This document shows, piece by piece, positions 1 through 11,720 of a stretch of DNA of 64,000 nt (position 1 is its first letter; each line of letters opens with the position of its first letter). The stretch is from Phoronis australis. Its lineage: Eukaryota; Animalia; Phoronida. The notes under the pieces are model-generated. The model did not search any database. It was not told where the DNA came from and worked only from the letters and a program-made list of their open reading frames with translations. Made by a program: the position numbers and the translations under genes. Where the stretch lies: positions 1 to 64,000 of the forward strand of contig NMRA01000765.1 of the NCBI GenBank assembly GCA_002633005.1. The letters are read 5' to 3'.

Positions 1-79
1 CCCATTTGGTACTACGCTAACCTGTGCCACTTAGCATCCGATACTCAGTTGTACTTTGGGTATCGGAAATATGTGTGTG

Positions 80-146
80 TTATCTCTTGTAATTAAGGAA
101 CCCATCTGGTTCCTTCTGTGAAATAGTTATTTGTAGAGCTGTGACC
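80..146 (-). CDS. Gene A putative last coding exon (short cytoplasmic tail RVTALQITISQKEPDGFLNYKR*)
   Basis: Acceptor ttttagttgtattggatatttcag at 147-170. The phase-2 join to the TM exon stays open until TAA at 80-82. No homology support. Confidence 0.4.
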
Positions 147-302
147 CTGAAATATCCAATACAACTAAAATTAAACATTATTCTTGTTATTTTATCTGTC
201 CCCAATAACTTATTTACACACCATATATTGGAGGCAATAAACACAAGTATGCTGAAGATTATAACAATGAAGAAAACGCGATTTACATCCTTTTACAAAT
301 AC

Positions 303-447
303 CTGTTTCCGCCAGTACAAGGCAGCAAGATGATTCCTCTTCTTATTAGTATAACCAGAAGTACAATCACCACAATTACCACCACACACACTGAGATAAC
401 GATGCCAGCAACTGCAGCACCTGCCAAACCTTGGTGTGGACTGGGAA
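303..447 (-). CDS. Gene A transmembrane exon (VPSPHQGLAGAAVAGIVISVCVVVIVVIVLLVILIRRGIILLPCTGGN)
   Basis: Acceptor tttttgttttctag, donor gtattt. 145 nt, phase 1 to 2. About 25 hydrophobic residues followed by an RR stop-transfer signal. Confidence 0.85.
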
Positions 448-2093
448 CTAGAAAACAAAAATAGAGTTCTGAAGATCGTGAAAAAGCTTGATTGAAAAAA
501 TATACCCATACATACGTACAGTGTGTTCATTCTTTAAACTGTGAAACAAAACAATGCTCTGTAAATATCGTCAACCCTCAGTATCCTGAAAAGCTGGATG
601 CCGTGTGCTTTATACAGTCCATATATGTTGTCTTATGCTGTCGTTAGCCCACCTCGATATCCAGAAGCCACTTTAAGGAGTGGTGCTAAGAATGCAACGG
701 GCGACTGGGACAACACCTGAGTTGGATGTATGTCACAGACACAAGACATCATGCTTTAAAAACACTAGATTGTTCAATAATTTTAGTGGTTTTCAAATGT
801 GATCGTAACAATCGCAGGTAAAGTATAAGCCCAGAATACCACCAACATGTGCACAGCTAGTCTCATTACATAATACGATACAGATATGAATATCTTGAAG
901 TTGAACAGTAGCAATTACAGTCATCGCTGTTGTATACAGGTATGGTCATAATCATTACCGGACCGGTTCACGAACTCCACCCGTCTAACTACGCCTGATG
1001 AAATTGATGCTAATCGGAATAATCAAAGCAGCGTCATTAGACACGATAATATCACCGACACCAAAAATCTAAATCGTATTATCAGCAAAGTCCCAGTAAT
1101 AACTAGGGAGCTGGCTTTGTATGACTGAACGTGTATTAAAATATGCTAATTTTTTATTTTTATCCGGCAACAATCACTTGAATCGTCGAAACTATTTTGA
1201 AACCCGTGCTTGGCACAGGCCCCGGCCAGCTAGTGTACGGCAATCACCTTTCGCTGTGTTTGGTAATATCACAAAGTATGTAACGTAATGTGTCTTTATT
1301 ATAATACCTCAAATTGACATGTACAGTTATTTTAATGAATGTACGTTTCAGTGTTTAGTTGTAGTGAACAAAGTCCTCAATTGTCTTTGTACTGTTCCCA
1401 TCATAGTAGCCAAATTTCAATAAGATCCTGCAAGGGGTTTAGGATTTACATGTACAGGTGCGGATGCCGGACCATTGAGAGAAAATTTCAACAGAGACTA
1501 CTTCCATGGATCAAACAGACAATAAAGCAGCGAAAACAAACAACAATCACTATGAATTTAACTCTTAATTTGGTATACAGTAGTCCTACATGGCAAAAGT
1601 AATCAAACAAAATACCATTTCTCCGTTTCTTTTAACTGCACAAATGACTGGTAATAAGTGTTATGTTGGGATTTGTTCTTATTACTGAACAGCTTAGCCA
1701 TCTTATTAACTTTCCTGTTAAATCTCCTTCATTATCAGAGAGGGAAGGCCTCCGACCTGATCCTCCCTGGCAAGAAATTCTGGGTCATTGTGTTAAAATA
1801 CTTTTGGGTGTGCTGACTACAAGGAGACACAGCAATAAGCGGTTTCCATAAATCAAGAATCGCAAGGTGCACTCTAGATCTGAAACTTAAACTGTCACTG
1901 CATTTGAATTTTGGGCAAAGGAGATTTAGGAAGCAAGAAAGCGGGAAAGGTGGAACCAAAAATATTTTCAGAAAATTGCGATGCCGTGTGTTCTTGAAGG
2001 ATATTTTAGTCTTCTACATGTACATTTCAATCTAGAGTGGCCCTTCGTTCTTTTAAACGTTAAATGTAACGTGAAATAAACAAAAGTATCTAC

Positions 2094-2129
2094 CTGTGGT
2101 CTTATCCGAAATGGTCGACTTTGTTGATG
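2094..2129 (-). CDS. Gene A Ser/Thr stalk micro-exon (STKSTISDKTT)
   Basis: 36 nt, phase 1-1. Strong acceptor gtgcttttccttttag, donor gtagat. S/T-rich. Confidence 0.7.
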
Positions 2130-3181
2130 CTAAAAGGAAAAGCACAAAACGGTGCTTGAACAATTCTAATTCGGTGCCATCACTTTGCTAATTCCATGAC
2201 TAAAATACATGTAGTCAAAACGAAGTGGGAAATGTGATTTGAACAGTTCGATTACACTACTCTGCAAACGTACGAAATTAGGTGAAAATTAAGTGATTGT
2301 TCTAAAACCCCTAGACCCCCACACTGACACCTCACGACCCTCTCAACCCAGAAATGACATGCAGATTAAGAATTAATTACCTCGACAATCTATCCTCTTT
2401 TGTAAATTCAATCTCGTTTGGAATTTCCTGTGCTTTTGAAAGTAACTATTTATTTTGAAGATTAAGTTTCATCATGTGTTAACTTTGCAAAATCAATGCT
2501 GTTACGCATTTCTGTCAACATTTCAGTGACCATGTTTTAAATATCAAACCTTTCCGACATTAACGACATACTGACCTTGTTCAATGAGTAGCTTAAAATG
2601 AGTCAACACTTGCAAATCAAGTGTGAATATGACATCAGTCCTGTTAGAGGGAAATGAAATTTAGCAGTCACGTGACTAAAATAACATGGGCTATCATTTT
2701 GGGTGCTCACTTTGGCTTTGTTGCACTGTCTCGGATGGCAACGTTGTTTCAGATACAGTTTTAACCCACCCTTTGGAATTGCCTGGCGTACCCTTTTTGG
2801 TACTGCTTCTCGGCATTGCATTATAGAAGCGTCCCGTCCAACACTGGACATAAAATGTAAACACGCGTCTTTGTGCCAACAATATGAACATGGACATGAA
2901 CACATCGTCGAAGTTAACATCCCATGCATCAAGAGGACTGGAGTCAAAAAGAAGATAGTTTCACTCCCAACGACAGGCCTGACCACGCTAGATTTAAACA
3001 CCAGGCTAATATGCGAAGCGTTGCCTTGGTGTCTCAAAAGGATTGGGTTTACAAATAGAATATAACACCACTGTTACATTTTTTTTCATTATCTACGCCC
3101 ATATATTTTTGTCGTTGAAGAACTGTGACTGGAGAAATGTCAATACTGCGAGTTAGAACATGAAATATACGTAGAGCTTAC

Positions 3182-3232
3182 TATCTTTAGAGGGCGTTGC
3201 ATCCACAGAAGGAGTCTGACTCGTTGGCTTGA
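3182..3232 (-). CDS. Gene A stalk micro-exon (KPTSQTPSVDATPSKD)
   Basis: 51 nt, phase 1-1. Acceptor aatgtttacag, donor gtaagc. Flanks are paralogous to those of the 5056-5103 exon. Confidence 0.7.
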
Positions 3233-3446
3233 CTGTAAACATTATTCACAAGACATTCATGCAATTAACCAAATGATACATTAACACACCTAACTGATAA
3301 CATCCCACCAAAGTTCGTCTATGTTAGCATTACCTTTGGCATGAATAAGCAGGTACAGAAACACGAAGGGGGTCTTAATTAGCACCCACATGATATGTTT
3401 ATTCGTATCCTATTAAATATAACTTTTGGATGCATAGACACCCCAT

Positions 3447-4305
3447 GGATTGTTCTAAAACCCACTCGACTACCGCAACCTCCACATCCCACCACCCCCT
3501 CGACCCACGATCCCGTCGACCTACGACCCACGGTCCAAAATCCCATCCACCCGTCTACACAAGCTCGATTCGATCTGAACACGGAACAAACGCTGACTTG
3601 CAGGACCAATGAGGCGGGCCGTGAGCTCAGCTGGCTTTTATCTTTTTGGCAATTAAGGGAGTCGATTCGGCAAAACTGTCGACCAAAGAAAGAAAAAACA
3701 ACGCGACCAAATCAAATCAAATCAAAGAGCTAGCAAAGTTTCAAATGTCGTTCCCGGCAGAGTGCTATCATCTTGTCTGCTCTTCAGTCCATGGGAGATT
3801 CAAGCACTTTCGTGGGAGTGTGATGAACCAACGGATAGGTAACTTCTTCAATAAATAGAGTTTGAAAAAACAAATTGTTTACCAGAAATGTAACGCAACG
3901 TCACGTGGAGTGTATTGATTACGAGTTAACAAAAATGCGAAATTATGTGCATTAACGTGAACGTACTCTCTACATAAATTTAGTAGAAACAGAGCCATTG
4001 GTAGCCTTGGAACTATTTCCGTGACAACGAAAGCACGCTCACAATCTACTATTTCAGACCATGTTCTTACGTCACTTTCTGTTTTTAACCATCACACTTG
4101 AGCTAGAGCAGATTTGCGTGTCTAGGTAAGTTAGATGGGAAAGTCACTTAGTGATGTAATATGATTACGAAATGTGTAAACAGGGCAAAGATACAGTACA
4201 CTGTATAACTATTGTGATTTGTGGTGTGTAGAGGGGGTTGTTGGTCGTGGGGTTGAGGGTCGAGGGGGTCGGGGGTGTGGGTGCCGAGGGATTTTAGAAT
4301 AATCC
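3447..4305. mobile_element. MITE-like element with GGAT(T)GTTCTAAAA termini and C-rich CGACCC subterminal repeats
   Basis: ggattgttctaaaaccc at 3447 and the inverted ggattttagaataatcc ending at 4305. A related fragment lies at ~2295-2350. Confidence 0.55.
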
Positions 4306-5055
4306 AGATCCCATCTCTAGTATACCAGTACATGAATGCGTATTCTTTTCAGGAATAGGATTAACCACCGTTTAATTAAAATTCAGTTTAACAGAAATAC
4401 ATGCAATATCCACGACCACACAAAACGACGTCCTGGCTTCACCTACTAAATGTACTTGGTCCCTGATGTGGAACAAAAATTACTTGGTAATATAATTGCA
4501 TTGTTTGCACATATTGAATATTGCAGCAGCTAAAGCAGTAGTGACAATGCTCTCGGTTCTATCATGTCTATAAAAACAAGTTTATTGAAATAACAAATAC
4601 CAGTCATGACGTACTCTACTCAAAAATGTATTCCATAGTTTTTCCCGTCATTTGTAATTGTTCCATGTATCCTTTTTTGATCTTGTTTTACAGACATTTC
4701 ATTGGAGGAGAGAACCGTTCACCCCAGGAGATCGAAAGTAAAGACACGTCTTTTCGTCAGCATCGTTAAAATTAGCATCATTAGCATGAACGTGAACCTG
4801 GATATGAACACACCATTGGGGTTAGCACCCCATTCATCACGAGGACTGACGCCAACACCATGGTGGTGCCTAATACCAGAAGTGTTACCTTGACCTAATC
4901 TTTTTAACAGAAATGAATTTACAAATAGGATAGAGTTTCACTGTAAACCAATTTTGAACTTTCTGGGCCCATACATTCCTTGTTGATTTAGGGTTGCCAC
5001 TGGAAAAATGTCAACACTCTGAGCATTATACGAATAAAATCCATGTAGATCTTAC

Positions 5056-5103
5056 TAGATGTAGAAGATGTTGTATCCCCAGTAGTCGGATTTGTAGACC
5101 TGG
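5056..5103 (-). CDS. Gene A stalk micro-exon (RSTNPTTGDTTSSTS)
   Basis: 48 nt, phase 1-1. Acceptor tataatgtttacag, donor gtaaga. S/T-rich. Confidence 0.72.
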
Positions 5104-6546
5104 CTGTAAACATTATACAGAAGACATAATGCATGCAATGAACAGATAAAACATTAATACACTGAACTGACAGCATTGCAACTCGGTGTGCATTTGTCCA
5201 GTAAAATACAGTTGATATTGAATGTAGACTGGTGATAAGCACCACAACACTTAAACATTTGAATTGCTTGACTGGTGAGCAGTTTACTTGGAAAAGACCA
5301 CTACTGACAATGAGCTACATGAATACAAAAAGACTAATGCTTGATGATAAGTTACCTAGCAAGCAGCGATGCAATACGCAACATAGGACGAGTGGCTTCC
5401 AAGTTCCAAGGGTCTTATTCTCATGCTTTGCATTAAATGGGGGCAATGAATACATATCGGAGAGGCCCCTTTCCCTAAAAAACAACTTCTGTCTGGAAAA
5501 AGCCAACGTTCAGTGAACGCTTAAGGTTACGTGTACCCCAATTTCACAAAAATGGCATTTGAAACAAAATATACATGGGCTTCAAATAAATTTAATTTCG
5601 TACAAATAGCTGTTCCACAGTGACGCAGCTCTGAGTAAGGTTCTTATCAACATATAAACTTTGTTTACACGCAACCTGCAAATCAAATCGCCCACCAAGT
5701 TTTCCCACAATGCAAAGCTATATTGCTTATCAACCCAGACACACTGCCCAGTTAATCACAGGTCTAAAATATCCGTTCGAGACATTTTCATTAATTTTTG
5801 TGCTACACGAAAATTACAATAAGGAAAACTTGTAAAAAGACAGTGTGCAAGTCTACTCCAGTCAAGGTCAAACTTAAGTCTTGAATCACCTTAATACTTG
5901 CAACTGAAGTTTTGACAAGCAAACGCGCAATCCCCTGCAATTATGTAAACCTATCAGGAGTTCAGCACAATTTCATGAAATTGCTACAAATGCTACTCGC
6001 ATCTCACAAAACAGTTCTGAATAGTTTCATGCAATTCATTTTGTGATAAACTAGATATTGCCCCACTCAAAGATGACTTGTCTGATAACATGTCTCATGT
6101 CAAACCCGGGTCTCAGATTTTTTTTAGTTTTCATTATTTTGTAGCTTGATCTAAAATCAAGAATTGTACTAATCATAGAAAAGTGTTGAGCACTGAACCT
6201 AATCTTGAGACTAAAAACATTGATTTTAGTTTAGTTTAGTTTTGGAAAGTCACAGACACATTTTCGAGCATTTTTAATGAAGTTTTAAAACAGAAAATGT
6301 CCTCAATGCTGGTGAAAGAATTATTTTCCCAATCAATGAACCACTCAAAAACCACCAATTTAAAAAAATGCATATTATGTGACTACTAGAATGGCCCACT
6401 GTGAATTAAGTGAAAAGACTTGCCAGGACATTATTCAGAAAATAACTGCTTTTATGGCTTGACAGTTCCAAGTTACGGAACAATATCACCAATTTAAGAC
6501 ACAATATGACAAACAAGTGTAATTTTTTATTTAACAAAAATATTTA

Positions 6547-7938
6547 TCGTATTCGCCGTAATAACCCCCCAGGGCGCTTAGAAAAGTTCAGTTCAGGGGG
6601 AGGGGCGCTTATTATAACCCAAGGCGGTTGAAACCCGGTCTCCGAAACGGGTGAAATCGGAAGCTAAGATTCATCAAATTTACGTTCTGTGACGTATCTG
6701 TAATCTATGAAAGACTTCCAACAAAACTGTGGTGCATTGCTATCAAACTGCTAAATTACGACCATTTTACAGAAAATTGTGCTGAAATCCCAGGGCAAAA
6801 ACTCGCCGACTGATTGCCTCAAAATCGCCGTCTTCGATATGGCGACTTCAATGCTTGAATAAAAATAGTTTCGACTCAAGCAAATTACCTGAAATCCTCA
6901 TTAAGTTTTCTAAGTATCGTCCATAAGACTTTTTTAAGTTCCCGTGGAGTCTGGATTTATGGCAGTTTTAAGTACAAATCTGCGCAACATCGTGCCATCT
7001 ACATGTATGATCGGCAACACGGCGAGAAAAATGTCTGGATGAACACACATTGTCACGTGACGTTTGTTTTGAAGTTCGTCTGCGAGTAAGCGAGCGTGTG
7101 CGTGTAACCAGAGTTCATTTGCCAAAGCAGAGACCGTCTTTTGGCCGGAGCCACGTAATCTAACAAGCTAGATGTGCATTGTGTCTAAAGAAATTTGCAC
7201 AAGCAGTAGGCCTAAACCAGAGCGTGTTTCAGTCAGCACTTGCCAGTCTCGTGCTAAAAACGTTTGACATTTGTTTCGGTAAGGCCCATATTAGTCGCCG
7301 TGTAGCTGGATGCTTACGTAACTGTCTGACAGTTTTTTTTCGGTGTAAGGGTGTGTAAGCATTCACTGTCAGTTGTCATTTTATCGGATATTTGGCTTAA
7401 AAACACCAATTATGGCTAATCAAACAAAAAATAACGCAAACATGTTTTATAGTATTAGAAATTGTTGGAAATTAGGGCCAGTATTTATTTCTTACCGATG
7501 CTATGCTACCCGTTTCATGAATGAATAGTTCCCGACTAATGTCTTTGATGACAGCTAGGTTCATATATGTAGCGCGCGCTTTCTGGCCACGTGCGTTCAA
7601 CACCGAGTTATTTTTATTCATGAGACAGTCGATGTGTCTACTGAAAGGTCAGACCATAGTGGGACACGGTCGTCGCGAGAGCGTAGCAACACTGTTGCAT
7701 TATGCGTTACTTTGAAGTGTAAAGTCACAGCTACATACAAACGTAGCAGTGCTGCTGGTGCTCTAGAAGACCCGAGCAAAACTTTTTTGAAAGATGTTAC
7801 TGTAGTCGAGTTTTAGGATTGAAGGTACATCATTGTTCGCATGTACACGTTCATGGACTGGGCGTTTATTTCAGCAAAGTCTGAAAACGCGTGGGGGGGC
7901 GCTTATAGGGGCATGGGCGGTTATTACGGCGAATACAG
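6547..7938. mobile_element. TA-TSD MITE (Tc1/mariner/pogo-type) nested in the 5525-8158 element
   Basis: TA|tcgtattcgccgtaataacc ... ggttattacggcgaatacag|TA, with gggcgctta subterminal repeats. Confidence 0.7.
6621..7115. repeat. Dispersed repeat; second copy at ~61519-61985
   Basis: aaggcggttgaaacccggtctccgaaacggg... aligns by eye over ~480 bp with aaggcagttaaaacccggtttccgaaacggg... at 61520. Confidence 0.7.
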
Positions 7939-8259
7939 TAACACGAAAATAGCCATCACATTCAAGTTCTGCACCACAACCATCTACAGAAAAAATTGTG
8001 CAAAAGAGTGGCCATTCAGAGCAATGTTAAAAGACACAGACAAGAAAAATGAAAGTATAACAATCTTGTAAATTATTTTTTGTGTGAAATTAGTGAGATT
8101 TACAGAACTTAGATATTGGGAGATAAATATTTTAATTTATTTAAGGGTACACATGACCTTAATTTTCATTGTTCAGTAAAGCTAAGCAACTAAGTAAACT
8201 TACTTCTCTCGCACACAGTGAGAACTAATGGCCCTGCCACTACACGCAAAAGAACTAAA

Positions 8260-8760
8260 ATAGGATGGATTAGGATACATCCAGAAACAGGAAAATGTCA
8301 TCGTTTCCTTAATAGAAAAATATTTACTAAATTTCATAAAAATCCATCAAGGATCTTCAGAGAAACAGAAGAAAATGAAATTCCCACTAGTGGACACAGC
8401 CTTCGTCGGATCCGTCTGAAAATCGTCTTCGTCTGTTGTCAACATCACATAAAATACACTTGCTAAATTTAATAAACATCCTGCAGTGGGATTAGGAGAT
8501 ATAGTTATGGTCGCAAAACAAAACTGCAACTAGGAGGAGCCACAGTAGTCGAAGTCATTGGCAGATCATCATCAACCATCCTCTCTTCACTAAGAACATG
8601 TAAGCGAATTTTCACAATCATCCTAATTCCTAAATGTGGTTTGGTTGACAGAGGGGTGGACGCCAAAACAGACTAGAAAACAGTACAAATGGCCTCTAAG
8701 TAGCGTAAAATATATCAAATCCCTCCAAAAACGGTAACATGTCATCAATAAAAAACAGGC
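8260..8760. mobile_element. Degraded fragment of the DINE/HINE-like family central repeat
   Basis: Shares the motifs aaatttcataaaaatcc, ttaggagata, ctaggaggagccacagtagtcgaa and ggtttggttga..gagggg. Confidence 0.7.
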
Positions 8761-10274
8761 TAACTCAATAAATTTTTCGAAAGAAAAAAGAACAGAGATT
8801 ATAAAAATATGTTTTATATTTCAGAGCCATTATCATCATCGTCGTCGTCATCATTATTATGTTAACATCTTTTTTAAGTCCACTTTTCATTTTTAAGAAA
8901 GGTACATCAATGGCAAAACAACCACTTACTCGATTTTAACCCTTTTTAAGTGAAAACTTCACAATTTACTTCAGAATTGCTGACCTTTTGATTTCACAAT
9001 TACTTTGGTTTCTATATCAAATGAACTTGCAAAATGTAAGGCAATATTTGTACAAAATAGCAGTTGTATTTGTCTATCTCATGGTACGCAAAAACTAGGC
9101 ATTGAAAAGGAAAACCCTAATAGCATTTTTGAAAATGCCGAATATCAAAACTGGAAAGTTTCATTGAAATTTACCAAGCCATATTCAAGAACTTAGTAAG
9201 CTCTTAAGTGCAAATTAAGTCGATTTACCAAAGCCAAGAACAAGTGGAAAACATCACGAGTCTTCAAAATCTGACCGTGGTAACCTAACTACTCAGTGAA
9301 AACTTGTTTTTGGTCAATATGAAGTAAAAATGCCTTAACCATATTCGCTGTTTCAACATTCACTCAAAATTTTAATTGAATTTGCAGTACGTAATTACCT
9401 AAATTATCACTAAACGTTTTAACAAATAAAGCTAGACCAAGGCAGGGTCAGATATTAAGTAGGTCAAAAGTTCATTGTAATACACACCACATGCCAAAGA
9501 GACTAAATTAACATGAAACCAAGTACAAAACGGACAACAGAAGTTGATTTGGTGGTTAAAGTGCGTGTGAGCACCAGGTCGAAATAGCAAAATGTCAAAT
9601 TTAGATCAAATTAAGGAATTCTGAGAAGGATTTATCTCTTTTCGCAACATGTATTCGTGAACACTAACTAAGTGACTGAGGCAGTGTGGCGACTCAAATT
9701 CGGTGCATTCGTTCTCAATGGTCGCATGAATGCAGATGCGCAACTCCCTCAGAATCAAAACTACAATTTGTGTTTGTGTTCCGCGTCATCATTTTGTCCT
9801 ATATACACCTCGTTGACTCAATATAATGGCGACTCATTGAATGAAAGGATTGAGGGTACTATGGAACTGCTCTTTTGCTGGCGAGAGATTTCATTTGAGT
9901 GACAGCCTTGTAACTTTTGACCTTGGATAAGTAAAAAAATTTCCATGTGGTAGGAATTTGTTCTGCTGAATCTTTTCTTTTCTCACTACATGCTATGAAT
10001 GTCACATTTGAAGTTCCCAAAAATCAGCATATGGCATTTTGCTAAACAAATGGAAATATAACGTTTGCGATATCCTTAAGCATACACACTATACAAACTG
10101 ATTCTAGTCTGATGGCTGAGCACATAGCTCATCATCTGCCGTGGCCTTTTCTACAGTGAAATTTAAAAGAGGTAGTTGTTACATCAATTTGGCACAGCAC
10201 AAAATTTAAACTTGTCAATGTACTGAATGGAAATAATTCGCTGCAAGCACAAATGACAAAGAATATCAACAAAC

Positions 10275-10589
10275 CTGTTGCTCTAACAACTATATGCTTC
10301 GTCGCAGAGTAGGATTCACTCCCTATGGTGTTTTTAGCAATACAGGAGTAATTAGCAGTAGCATTATCAGCTGTCAATTTATCGTTTAAAATTCCAGTGG
10401 TTGCGACCCTGACAAAGCTTCCGTTCACAGATTTATGCCACTCAAACTGAGGGGCGGGGCGAACATTGCTTGATGCTTTACAGGTGAGATCGAAACCAAA
10501 GTTGAAGAAAACATCCAGAAACGGCATGTCACACAGGTTCTTGGACTCAAATTCGTAACAAATCTGTATTTCCTTGTCGGACACTGGCA
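10275..10589 (-). CDS. Gene A Ig domain 3 exon (I/C2-type)
   Basis: 315 nt, phase 1-1. FDLTCKASSNVRPAPQFEWHK...ANYSCIAKNTIGS carries the canonical C-W-C. Acceptor tttacattttatacag, donor gtttgt. Confidence 0.9.
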
Positions 10590-11056
10590 CTGTATAAAAT
10601 GTAAATAGTAAAATTATACGTCAAAATGGTAAATAATGAATGCATGCATATAACATGCATATAAGACACATATGCAAAAACACACAGTAATTCCAGCGCA
10701 CACATACAAACATGGACCCACATACATTCACAGGTTTTAGACAAACATGACCTTAACCAAGATTCAAAGTATCCAACTTAAGTCAAACCTAGAGGACTGC
10801 TCACATAGTACCCTTAAAAATTCTTCTACCCACACAGGGCTCACAAATTCTTATCTGGTCAAGGGTTTTTCTGAGTCACATGCTGAATTTTGAGGTCACG
10901 TTCCCATAATTAATTGTAATATTTCTGATTACTAGCTACATTTGGCCAACATTGGTGAAGCTATGGTACGACTAGGCATTCATACAAAATTACCCGGAAT
11001 TCCTTGTCCTGTCACTAGAAAGATGCTGAAATTATCACCAGAATGAGAATAAAATA

Positions 11057-11720
11057 TAGATTATTACACGGCGAAGTCGTTATCCCCGTTATCTAGAGCC
11101 CGAGTGGATTTTGGAGAATTATCGCCCAAGGGGCGTTAGCCCCAAGGGTGATAATTCTCCAAAATCCACGAGGGCTCTAGATAACGAGGATAACGACTGA
11201 GAACACGTAATAATCTAATTATACCACATACTGAACGAGAAACATTGCAATGAATCGATCTACCTTTCTCGACTAGCTTAGGCTTTGTAACTACTTTCTA
11301 TGTCAGAGGCCCGGGGTCGGAAGTCGTGACCTTTTAAGAAAAGCCGAGCTATTTTTGTCAAATAATGCTTATACTCAAAACTAATTGAAAATTTAAACAA
11401 AATAAGGTTTAGCAACTATAATAGCTTACTACACATTTTATCACGCTAAGCTTCGACCAGGAAAATATCGTCTGCTAAAGTAGGTTACCAGTAGTAGCTG
11501 AGTATAATGCTCAAATCAAAGGATCCCGACGACACGACACCCGCATTCAAATTGGAGATCGGTGATTTACAAGTGAGAGAACACGAGAGAAAATTTTCAC
11601 TAAATTAAAATATCGTTTTTAAGGAAATGATGCATTTTATTTTTCATAGCGTATAAATGTCGGTGCAATGCCCTTTGCTGAACATGCCATTTTCACGGTC
11701 GATGACGTCAGCCGCTGAGC
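11057..11720. mobile_element. Unclassified repeat with a ~160-bp terminal hairpin; inverted copy at ~44570-45306
   Basis: Near-perfect palindrome tagattattacacg...cgtaataatcta at 11057-11217. About 650 bp of inverted homology to 44570-45306. Confidence 0.75.

Larger units (their letters stand above)
5525..8158. mobile_element. Non-autonomous TTAA-TSD DNA transposon (Kolobok-like)
   Basis: TTAA|ggttacgtgtaccc ... gggtacacatgacc|TTAA inverted termini. Confidence 0.7.

Noticed and set aside
2694-3065. Overlapping ORFs in the duplicated region, including a shared RRVFTF peptide with ~4740
   Set aside because: The paralogous copy has an in-frame stop and indels. Best explained as diverged duplicated intron.
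4484-4567. 84-nt GT-AG-bounded candidate exon (HDRTESIVTTALAAAIFNMCKQCNYIT)
   Set aside because: Open only in phase 2 and stops in phase 1, so it is incompatible with the flanking phase-1 stalk exons.
8204-8239. 36-nt phase 1-1 candidate micro-exon (AGPLVLTVCER) with a gtaagt donor
   Set aside because: Frame-compatible but not S/T-rich, wedged between two transposons, and without paralog support. Left uncalled.
8214-8252. CACAGTG heptamer with a possible 23-bp spacer (RSS-like) within the Ig gene
   Set aside because: The nonamer match (ACGCAAAAG) is poor, it is not adjacent to a V segment, and isolated CACAGTG is expected by chance. No evidence of V(D)J-type organisation.
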